A DNA stretch of 64,000 bases from an uncultured Spirochaetota bacterium (GTDB lineage Bacteria > Spirochaetota > Spirochaetia > SZUA-6 > Fen-1364), in NCBI GenBank assembly GCA_963734545.1, contig CAVTHO010000006.1, positions 96,001-160,000 of the forward strand, in the 5' to 3' direction. The notes beneath the pieces were generated by a model. The model made no database searches and was not told where the DNA came from. It was given only the letters and a program-made list of their open reading frames with translations. Position numbers and translations under genes: made by a program. Shown here piece after piece: positions 54,454 through 63,617 of this stretch (its first letter is position 1; each line of letters opens with the position of its first letter).

Positions 54454-55535
54454 TCCGGGTCATGGTAGTCGACGATTCCCCCCTCGTGCGGAGGATCGCC
54501 ACCGATATCCTCAGCGCGGACCGCGAAATATCCGTTGCTGCCACCGCCGCGAACGCGGAGTTCGCCCTGCTGAAGCTCGAAAAGGAGCGCCCGGACGTCA
54601 TCACGCTGGACATCGAGATGCCCGGCATGGGCGGTCTGGAGGCGATCCGGCGGATCATGGCTGTCCGGCCCACGCCCATTATCGTCCTGAGCGCTCACGC
54701 GCAGAGGGGCGCCGAGCTCACCCTGCAGGCCCTGGACCTCGGGGCCGTGGATTTCGTCGAAAAGCCGTCGAGCTCACTGTCCGGCGGAATCGCGGCGATA
54801 TCCATCGAGCTCGTCGAGAAGGTGAAGAGCGCCGCGCGGATAGTCTTCCACGAGCCGCCGCCCGCCCCCCGCGCGCCCCTGCCCGAAGCCCCGGCCGGCC
54901 CGCCGCCCGCCGCTCTTTCCGCGGACGGCGATGGCGGCGGATTCGATCTGGTGGCCATCGGCACGTCCACCGGGGGCCCCGTGGCGTTGAAGACCGTGCT
55001 CACGATGCTGCCCCGCGAGCTGCCGGTCGGCGTCGTGGTCGTGCAGCACATGCCGCCGGTGTTCACCAAGGCGTTCGCGGACCGGCTGAACGCCTGCTGC
55101 CGGGTCTCGGTCAAGGAAGCGGAGAACGGCGACCTGATCGCGCCCGGCCAGGTGCTCCTGGCACCGGGGAACTGGCACATGACGGTGTCCCGGTTCGGCG
55201 GTGAAGCGCGCGTGCTTCTCAACCAGGGCGAGAGCGTGAACGGCCACCGACCCTCGGTGGACGTGCTCATGCACTCGGTGGCCCTCGAGTTCGGCAGCCG
55301 GGCCCTCGGAGTGATCATGACCGGCATGGGGAAGGACGGGGCGGACGGGCTGCGCGCGCTGAATCGGAGAGGCGGGCACGTGATCGCCCAGGACAAGGAG
55401 AGCTCGGTCATCTATGGAATGAACAAGGAGGTCGTCCAGAACGGGGACGCGCACGAGGTGGTGCCCGTGAACGACATCGCGGCGAGGATCCAGGAAAGGC
55501 TGCGCGGCAGATCGCCGGCAAGGAAGGCAACATGA
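54450..55535 (+). CDS. cheB: Chemotaxis methylesterase CheB (REC-esterase)
   Basis: TLDIEMP; IGTSTGGP, QHMP, HRPSVD, GMGKDG. Confidence 0.96.
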   Translation: MIRVMVVDDSPLVRRIATDILSADREISVAATAANAEFALLKLEKERPDVITLDIEMPGMGGLEAIRRIMAVRPTPIIVLSAHAQRGAELTLQALDLGAVDFVEKPSSSLSGGIAAISIELVEKVKSAARIVFHEPPPAPRAPLPEAPAGPPPAALSADGDGGGFDLVAIGTSTGGPVALKTVLTMLPRELPVGVVVVQHMPPVFTKAFADRLNACCRVSVKEAENGDLIAPGQVLLAPGNWHMTVSRFGGEARVLLNQGESVNGHRPSVDVLMHSVALEFGSRALGVIMTGMGKDGADGLRALNRRGGHVIAQDKESSVIYGMNKEVVQNGDAHEVVPVNDIAARIQERLRGRSPARKAT

Positions 55536-55822
55536 ACTTGAAGGATCGATACGGCCTGGAGACGCTGGGCAACAGGACGCAGGAGCTGGTGTTCGAGGCC
55601 ATCGAACGCATGATCGAGGAGGGCGCCGACATGTGCACCTGCGAGGAATGCGTCACGGACCTCGCCGCATGGACGCTCAACCATGCGACCCCCCGCTACT
55701 ATACCTCGCTGCTGGCGCCGCTGAGCCCCGACCCGGTCCGGGAAAACAAGATGCGCGTGGAAATCGAGCTGGCGCTCGCTGCCGGGCTGAAGAAGCTCGC
55801 CCAGCATCGCCATCACGGGTGA
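55532..55822 (+). CDS. ComFB family protein
   Basis: N..E.V...I, CTCEECVTDLAAWTLN...PRY. Confidence 0.8.
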   Translation: MNLKDRYGLETLGNRTQELVFEAIERMIEEGADMCTCEECVTDLAAWTLNHATPRYYTSLLAPLSPDPVRENKMRVEIELALAAGLKKLAQHRHHG

Positions 55823-55834
55823 GACGAGGGGGCA

Positions 55835-56953
55835 TTGACGACTATGCTGGCAAAGGGCAGGAGGGGGCCCGTGGAGGAAGGAACCGGTCTCGAGATCCCG
55901 GCTCCCACGCAGCCTCCCGCCATACTCGTGGTGGAGGACCAGGGGGAAATCCAGTCCCTGGTGACCGCCATGCTGAAGATACGAGGTTTCGAGTGTGACC
56001 TGGCGGCGAGCCTCGCGGAGGCGCGCACGCTCATGGGCCGCCGCCGCTACGATATCCTCTTCCTCGACATGAACCTTCCCGACGGCTTCGGGCTCTCCCT
56101 GATCGAGGAGGAGAGGACGGACGCCCCGCTGGCGATCGTCATGACCGGCAGGAGCGACATCCAGACAGCCATCCGCGCCATTCGCGACGGCGCCATCGAC
56201 TTCATCACGAAGCCGTTTTCCGTCGGCCACTTCCTGCAGCGTCTCGACAAGGCGATGGACGAGTGGAAGACGCGCAGGAGCGTCCAGTACTACGCGCGTG
56301 CGCTGGAGACCCTCGTGCAGCTCAAGACGGACGAGCTCACCCGCACGTCCCGGCAGATCGACGAGGTGCGTGACATGACGGTGCTGGCGCTCGGCGCCGC
56401 GCTCAATCTCAAGGACCACGAAACGGCCGATCATTGCTCGCGCGTTTCGCGGAACAGCGTCGCCCTGGGATCGCTGATGAGCCTTTCCGAGCTCGAGCTG
56501 AAAAACCTGAAATGGAGCGCCTATCTCCACGATGTCGGCAAGATCGGCATTCCGGAGCACATATTGCTGAAGGCCGGGGACCTGGAGGCTGATGAGCGGC
56601 GCATCGTGGAGAAGCACCCCCTCATGGGCTACAACATGGTGCGCAACATCCAGTTTCTCGCCTACGCGACGGATGTGGTGCTCGGCCATCACGAGAGGTA
56701 CGACGGCAGCGGCTATCCCCAGGGGCTGAGCGCTTCCCGCATCCCCCTGCACGCGCGCATATTCGCCGTGGTGGATACGCTGGACGCGATGACGTCCGAT
56801 CGGCCTTACCGGGCGGCGCTTCAGTTCTCCACGGTGCAGACCGAGCTGACGCGCTGCGCGGGAAAGCAGTTTGATCCCGAGATCGTGCAGATATTTCTTG
56901 CCGCCCCCGTGACGACGTGGCTCGTCCAGGGACCGGTTGCAGCACAAACCTGA
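55835..56953 (+). CDS. Response regulator with HD-GYP phosphodiesterase domain
   Basis: REC (FLDMNLP); HDVGKIG, HHERYDGSGYP, DAMTSDRPYR. Confidence 0.93.
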   Translation: MTTMLAKGRRGPVEEGTGLEIPAPTQPPAILVVEDQGEIQSLVTAMLKIRGFECDLAASLAEARTLMGRRRYDILFLDMNLPDGFGLSLIEEERTDAPLAIVMTGRSDIQTAIRAIRDGAIDFITKPFSVGHFLQRLDKAMDEWKTRRSVQYYARALETLVQLKTDELTRTSRQIDEVRDMTVLALGAALNLKDHETADHCSRVSRNSVALGSLMSLSELELKNLKWSAYLHDVGKIGIPEHILLKAGDLEADERRIVEKHPLMGYNMVRNIQFLAYATDVVLGHHERYDGSGYPQGLSASRIPLHARIFAVVDTLDAMTSDRPYRAALQFSTVQTELTRCAGKQFDPEIVQIFLAAPVTTWLVQGPVAAQT

Positions 56954-56971
56954 CCTGTAAGGAGAGTCATT

Positions 56972-57481
56972 ATGGATTCGATGAAAGATCGGAAGGGCAC
57001 GGGTGATCTGAAGCAGTTCATCAGCTTCTCGATCGGGGAAGAGGAGTACGGACTGGAGCTCCTCCGCGTGAAGGAGGTCATCCGCATCCGCGAGATCACC
57101 TGGCTCCCGAAGGCGCCTTCGTTCGTCAAGGGCATCATCAACCTCCGGGGTGACGTGATCCCCATCATCGACCTGCGGGACAAGTTCGGTCTCGAGGCCA
57201 AGGAGGCCACGGCGATGACGCGCGTCATCGTGGTGGAGGTGGAGGGCAGGATGATCGGCATGGTGGTGGATTCCGCCAGCCAGGTGGTGCGCATTCCGGC
57301 GGACCAGATCGATCCCCCGCCGCCCATGCTGGGAGGGTTTTCCCAGGAGTTCATCACCGGGGTGGGCAAGCTCGACGACAAGCTCATCATCCTCCTGAAC
57401 ACGGACGCGATCCTGACGATGGAAGAGATGAACGCCCTCAACACGATAGACAAGACGACGGCGGACGCGCCGTCCGCCTAG
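56972..57481 (+). CDS. cheW: CheW adaptor
   Basis: EEYG, GIINLRGDVIPIIDL, GMVVD. Confidence 0.95.
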   Translation: MDSMKDRKGTGDLKQFISFSIGEEEYGLELLRVKEVIRIREITWLPKAPSFVKGIINLRGDVIPIIDLRDKFGLEAKEATAMTRVIVVEVEGRMIGMVVDSASQVVRIPADQIDPPPPMLGGFSQEFITGVGKLDDKLIILLNTDAILTMEEMNALNTIDKTTADAPSA

Positions 57482-57514
57482 CGAGGCCGCAGGAAAGGGC
57501 CTGACGGCACCCGC

Positions 57515-60500
57515 ATGGCGCACGCATCCACCGAGACGCCCCGCTCCTCGCCTGCTCCCGAGACGGGAGCGCCGCGTCTGGAGATCGAGCCCCTGCTCAC
57601 GACCCACCGGATACTTCGAAGCATTCGACGGGAAGAAGAAGGGGCTGGAGTGGCTGCACGGCGACCTCTTCGATTCCCGGTCTGCCCGGTGGCCCTCTCC
57701 GCCCTGGAGGCGGTGGGCGCAATCGGGGACGCCCGAAGCTTCCCCCACCTTGCGCGGCTCCTCGGCAGCGCACCGGAAGCGGTGCAGTGCGGCGCCGCGC
57801 GCGCCATCGGGATGCTCTGCTCTCCCGGCGGGCCTCGCGCTTCTCATCAGGCTTCTCAAAACCACGCGCAGCGAAAAGCTGCGCCGCGAGATCCTGGGGG
57901 CGCTGGCAACCGCCGCGCCGCAGGACAAGGACGTGGCGGAGCATTCTCCGTCAGGTGGCCCGCGCGCCCATGGCGAGCGCCCCCGCGCGCGCGCATGCGG
58001 CGGGGCTTCTCCTGAAGATCGGTGGAGAGAGCGCGCTCGAAGAGCTGCTCCCCGGCTCGCAGGCGGAGACACTCTGCCCAGATTCTCCGCTCGGCCGCGG
58101 AATACTGCCGCGGTACGTGGCGCCTGATTCCGCGCACCGTCGCCTACTGCGCGCCGCTGTTCGCCAACCTGCCCGTCGCGGACAGGGCGCTGCTCGCCGG
58201 TCTGGCCGCCCGCCAGGCCCTTCCCGAGTCGGCGGCGGTGATTACACGCGCCCTCGCCGATCCGCACGTGGAGGTGAGACGCGCCGCCTATGCGTGCATC
58301 GGCACGGAGCCCCATCATGCGGCGCTGATCCCGGACATCGTGGACCACCTGGCAGGGTCCGTGGAGGAAACGCCCAGCATCGAAGACGAGGTGCAACAGG
58401 CACTGGCGCGCCTGGCGAAGATCGGGGCCGGCGCCATCGTATCCGGTGGATTGGGCGCCACCGTACCCGGTGGGTTCGCGCCGGAAGTGATTCCGCACGC
58501 GGTGCGCGCAAAGGTCATCGCCCGGATCGGCGATCTCTACAGACAGCTCAGCGCCGAAGGCCGGCACGTCTCCAGCGACACCCACGAGCTGGGGTGGTTG
58601 ATCATGCGGTCCAAGGAATACCTGGAGTACTACGGAAACGAGGATTTCAAGGCGGCTCTTCTTCGCTGGTTCAAAGGCGCCAGCCAGGACACCACGGACA
58701 CCATGCTCCGCATGCTCAAGGCCACCTCTTCCCGGGTTGAAGTGCGGCACTTCGATGGATACTCCGCGCTCAGCGACCTGATCAAGAACCCGCGCCGGAC
58801 CGGCATTGCGCTCGTGGGAAGGGAGCTGGTGCTCGTCAAAATGGGCAAGAGCCGCATCTTCTGGCATCTCATCCGTGTTCTGCGATTGTCCGCTCTCTTC
58901 CTCACCCCGGTCGCGCGCGGACCGGAGGCGGCCCTGATCCGCACGATCTACGCCTGGTCGAAACAGGAGAAGCTGTTTCGTCTCGCGGAGGCTGCCCTGA
59001 TGGCCCTGGCCAGGGTCGACGCCGCGCACGCCGTCTCGGCCTGCAAGGAGTGCCTTGCCCTGCCCCTGGCGAGCAAGGTGCTGGCGATCGCCTCGCTGCA
59101 TGTCCTTCGTGATCTCAGCCCGGAGCAGCTCGAGCCCTCCGCCATTCAGCTCCTTGCCAATCTGGACGACCCCTACGTCACCCTGAACGCCATCGAGGCG
59201 ATCTCCGTCGGGCCTCCCTCTTCCAGCGGCGAGCTTGCGAACGCGCTTCTCACCCGGCTCTCCCGCGCCACCAGCACCGAGGTGCGCGACTCGGTGGCCC
59301 GGTATCTCGGGGAAAAGATGACACTCGACATCATGGAGAGCCTCAAGGAGCCGGCTCTCAATGGGGACGACTCCCTGAGGGCCTCCGCGCTGGCAGTCAT
59401 GCACCGCAGGATCGTCGGGGGGCTCGTGACCAATCGCGACGGCACGGTCGAGTTCCTCTACCGGGTGCTGCGCGGGGACCACGAGCCCAGCCGGAGATCG
59501 GCGGCGCTCATGCTGTGGAAGCTGGGTGACGACTATGCCTCCGAGGTGCTGCGTGACTTCCTCTCGTCGGGGTCCGAGGACGCGACGATCGAGATCCTTC
59601 GCGGGCTGGAGGGCGCGGTTCGCGAGCCGCTTCCGGCGTCGCTCGCGCCCCTGCTCTCCCGCGGCAGCGCCCCTCTCCAGGCGGCGCTGCGCGACCTGCT
59701 TCTCCACACCGAGGACGAGGCGATGCGCGAAAAGGCACTCGCCCTCGCCCTGCAGGTGAGAGGCGGCTCCCCGGACGAGGCGGGGGACCTTCCCCTCGGA
59801 GACCTGACCGCACCCGCGGTCGAGCTGCGCACCGAGCGCTCGTCGTTCCAATTCGAGCGGGAGAACATCCAGGAGCTGGTCATGTTCTTTTCCGACATCC
59901 AGGGATACTCGAAGAAGGCCGAGGTGCTCACGCACATGCAGCTCTCGACCCTGATACAGGACTACGAGAAGATCCTTCTGGCGCACGTGGAGGCGCACCG
60001 GGGAGAGCTGGTGAAGCGCATGGGGGACGGCCACATGATGGTTTTCCAGCGCCCGCTGGACGCCGTGCTCGCCGCCATCCGCCTGCAGAAGTCCCTGCTC
60101 CGCTTCAACCGCTACCGCGACGAGAGCTCGCGGGTGGTGATCCGCATCGGCATACATTCGGGGAAGGTGGTGCGCAAGGCGCAGGGGGACGTGCTGGGCA
60201 ACGCGGTCAATATCGCGGCGCGGCTCGAGTCCTCCGCCCGGCCGGGCTCGGTCCTCATCTCCGACCAGGTGCAGGAAAGCGTGAAGGACGCGGTGCATTC
60301 GCGGGAGATCGGTCACATCACCGTCAAGAACATCAGCGAGCCCATCCGCGTATTCGAGCCCTACGAGATCGCCCTTGACCTGTCCCCGGAGCTCGACCCG
60401 CTCAAGAAGACGCGGCCCTCCGCCGTGCCTGCCCCTGCCGGTGCGGCGCCGGCCGCTCCTTCGGCCGCCGCGCGCGAGGGTCCCGCTGCCGCGGCCGTGA

Positions 60501-60682
60501 CCCTGGACCGGGAGACGTACAGGGAGATCATCGCGTGTTTTTCCGCGCTCGCCGATGTGTGCCGCAAGGCCGACAGCGGGCAGATCGCCGTGTCCGCGCT
60601 CAGCGGGCAGGTGCTCGCGCGCTGGGGCCGGATCAAGGCCCGGCTTCCGGGCGTTGCGCGGAGCGCGGAGCCACAGCCATGA
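57515..60682 (+). CDS. HEAT/ARM-repeat protein with C-terminal class III adenylate cyclase domain (N-terminal frameshifts)
   Basis: HEAT-like ALADPHVEVRRAA, ALEAVGAIGD; cyclase FSDIQGYS, VKRMGDG, IRIGIHSG, DVLGNAVNIAARLE. Confidence 0.85.
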
Positions 60683-61915
60683 CGCAGGAGCTCAACCTGA
60701 ACGCCGGCGAAGGGCAGGGCCGCGACCCGCTGCAGGAGCAGGCGCACGTCATGGAGGCCGTCAGGCGGCTCGCCGCCGGCGTGGCGCACGACCTCAACAA
60801 TCTTCTGCTGGTGGTGCAGGGGTATACCGAGATGGCACTCGGCGAGAAGGACGCCGGTCCGCACACGCGTGCGCACCTGGCGGAGGTGAGGGACGCGTCG
60901 ATCCGGGCCGTCTCGCTTGCCGAGGATCTCCTCACCATGGGCCAGCGCGGGCACGTCATTCCGCGCATGCTCGAGCTCAATGAATCCATCTCCCGGGTTC
61001 TTCCGTCCGTCAGGGCCGAAGCCGCCGACGGCGTAGAGGTCACGCTTTCCCTGGCGCCGGACCTTCCCCCGATTCTCTCAGATGACGGGCAGATGGCCCG
61101 GCTGGTCGCGGCATTCTGCGCACGCGCATGGACGGTCATGCCGGCCGGGGGCAGGCTCACCATTGGCACGCAGGCCGCGGGACCGGACCCCGCGAAGCAG
61201 CGGCGCGTCCTTCTGACCTTTGCCGACACCGGCGTGCCCGTGCCGGCGGAGCTCCGCGCGCAGCTCTTCGAACCCTTCCTGCCTTTGAAGGCGGACAGCA
61301 AGGGACTCGGCCTGGAGCTCTCGGTTGCCTACAGCATTGTGCACCGCCTGGGCGGGACCATCGAAGTGGAGAGCCCCCCGCAGGGCGGCACGATATTCGT
61401 CATTTCCCTCCCTGCCGGCAACGATGTCGCGGAGGAGCTCGGCGCCCCGATGCGGCCTTCAATGGAAATGCTCGACGGCGCTCCGCGCGCGTCGAGTCCC
61501 GCCGGTGGAGCCGGGGCAGATCATCCTTCTGGCCGAGGACGACGAGGGGCTGCGCACGCTGGCCTCGAAGACTCTCGCCCGCGAAGGCTACGAGGTGCTC
61601 GTGGCGCGCGACGGTCAGGAGGCGGTCGAGCTCTTCGAGCAGAACAAGGAGGCCATCCGCCTGGCGCTGATCGACGACGTGATGCCGCGCATGGGCGGGC
61701 GCGCCGCGCTCGCGCGCATGCACCGGATCCTTCCCGGTCTTCCGGCCATCCTCTGCACCGGCTACACGTGGAGCCTCGACGGCAAGGCACGGGAGCACGG
61801 TGACTTCATCGACATCCTCCCCAAGCCCTGGCAGCCGCGCGAGCTGCTGCGCACCGTGCGCGAGGCCCTCGAGCCGAGCCGGTCGGCGCTCCCCGGCCGG
61901 GTGGACGGTACATGA
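60679..61915 (+). CDS. Sensorless HisKA plus degenerate HATPase plus REC (pseudokinase-like hybrid; frameshift near 61490)
   Basis: AGVAHDLNNLL H-box; altered N, G1 and G2 boxes; REC AEDD...LIDDVMP...KP. Confidence 0.8.
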
Positions 61916-63447
61916 GCAAAGGCGCGAGAATCCTCTATATCGAGGATGACCCGGGGGTTGCGCGCCTGGTGCGGATGAAGCTCGAGGCCGAAGGCTACGG
62001 GGTGGAGGTCTGCTCCACGAGCCGGGAAGGGCTCGCGCTGTTCGACGAGGCCATGCACGACATGGTGGTCGTCGACTATCAGCTTCCGGACGGAAACGGC
62101 CTGCAGGTCCTCGAGGCGCTCGTCGGCCGCGGCACCGGAGTCCCCGTCATCATCGCGACCGGCGCGGGCAGCGAGGAGATTGCGGTGCGTGCCATGAAGC
62201 TGGGCGCCGCCGACTACATCAACAAGGAAAGCTACGACAAGTTCTTCCACATGCTGCCGTCGGTGATCGAAAAGGCGCTCCGCCAGCACGAGCTGGAGCG
62301 CCAGAAACAGCGCGCGGAAGCAGAGCTGCGCGAGAGCGAGGAACGGCTTCGCTCGATCCTGGCCTCGATCGACGACGCGGTGATGGTGACCGACAAGGCG
62401 GGTCTGTTCGTTGCCGCCCGGGGACCGGGCATGCGCGGCGACACCGCCGCGGCGCTGTCAGAGGTCATCGGCGCCACTTTCCGCGACGTGTTCCCGCCGG
62501 GCGTGGCCGAGCATTTCGAGGAGGCATTCGCCGCCGTGCAGGCCACCGACAGGGTGGAGCAGTTCGACTACTGCCTGCCTCCCTCGGGAGACGAGGTCTG
62601 GTTCAATGCGAAGGTGTCGCCGCTCAAGGACGTGCGGGGAGGCTTCGCGGGCGTCACCATCGTGGCGCGGGACATCACGGCGCGCAAGCAGACCGAGGAC
62701 CAGCTCCGCCTGGCCACGCTCGCCGCGGATACGCACAGCCGGGCGAAGACCGACCTCCTGGCGGGGATGTCGCACGAGCTGCGCACGCCGCTCACGGCCA
62801 TCATCGGCTACACGGAAATCCTCCTCTACGAGTACTTCGGCGCGGTGAACGACAGGCAGCGGCAGCAGCTCGATGTCGTGCTGGAGTGCTCCCGGCATCT
62901 TCTGGATCTCATCAACGACATCCTCGACATCTCGAAGATCGAATCCGGGAAGACGGAGCTGGAGCTGGGGAGGGTGCGCATCGTCGAATTGCTCACGCAC
63001 ACACTCGTGCTTCTCAAGGAGAACGCGTCCGGGCAGAAGATCAGAATCGATACCCGGGTCCCGCACGAGCTCGCGTCCCTGGAGCTCACCGCGGACGAGC
63101 GCAGGGTCAAGCAGGTGCTCTTCAACCTGCTCTCGAACGCCCTGAAGTTCACACCCACGGGGGGACGCATCGAGGTGGGGATGAGCACGCAGAACGGCGC
63201 GCTCGCCATCAGCGTCTCCGACACGGGCATCGGGATCCCCCCGGGAGAGCTGGACAGGATATTCGAGGCTTTCTATCAGATAAAGGGCCGGGCCTCTTCC
63301 TCGAAAGCGAGCGGCTCGGGCCTGGGGCTTTCCCTGGCCAGGCAGATCGTGGAGCTGCACGGAGGCAGGATCTGGGCGGAGAGCGAGGGGGAGGGCAAGG
63401 GAAGCACAATCACCTTTACGCTCCCTCTGACGCCGCCCACCGCATAG
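61912..63447 (+). CDS. REC-PAS-HisKA-HATPase cytoplasmic histidine kinase
   Basis: REC (VVDYQLP), PAS/PAC ending RDITARK, MSHELRTPL, NLLSNALKF, DTGIGI, GSGLGL. Confidence 0.94.
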   Translation: MSKGARILYIEDDPGVARLVRMKLEAEGYGVEVCSTSREGLALFDEAMHDMVVVDYQLPDGNGLQVLEALVGRGTGVPVIIATGAGSEEIAVRAMKLGAADYINKESYDKFFHMLPSVIEKALRQHELERQKQRAEAELRESEERLRSILASIDDAVMVTDKAGLFVAARGPGMRGDTAAALSEVIGATFRDVFPPGVAEHFEEAFAAVQATDRVEQFDYCLPPSGDEVWFNAKVSPLKDVRGGFAGVTIVARDITARKQTEDQLRLATLAADTHSRAKTDLLAGMSHELRTPLTAIIGYTEILLYEYFGAVNDRQRQQLDVVLECSRHLLDLINDILDISKIESGKTELELGRVRIVELLTHTLVLLKENASGQKIRIDTRVPHELASLELTADERRVKQVLFNLLSNALKFTPTGGRIEVGMSTQNGALAISVSDTGIGIPPGELDRIFEAFYQIKGRASSSKASGSGLGLSLARQIVELHGGRIWAESEGEGKGSTITFTLPLTPPTA

Positions 63448-63530
63448 GGCGCCGCGGTATGCCGCGGATTGGGGCGCCGCGAATGTCACGGGGTACCGTG
63501 ACCGCGGTATGCCGCGGATTGGGGCGCCGG
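63448..63530. repeat. NNTA-loop palindromic repeat cluster (two copies flanking a related hairpin)
   Basis: CGCGGTATGCCGCGGATT at 63453 and 63503; GTCACGG-GGTA-CCGTGAC at 63485. Confidence 0.85.
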
Positions 63531-63617
63531 CGCCGCAGCCGGCGGAAGAGGCATCACGCCCCTGGAGTTCTTTCAATCTTAACAATCTGCAATTAGTCTT
63601 TACGCCGGGGGCATGGG

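Noticed and set aside
58095-58124. Further NNTA-like matches in the cyclase gene (CCGCGGAATACTGC) and in the CheA-CheC linker (~52306)
   Set aside because: Stems are imperfect and the AATCC flank is missing, so they may be chance matches in GC-rich DNA; not counted as copies.
55412-60316. 1634-aa minus-strand ORF
   Set aside because: Antisense shadow of GC-biased plus-strand genes; no recognisable domains.
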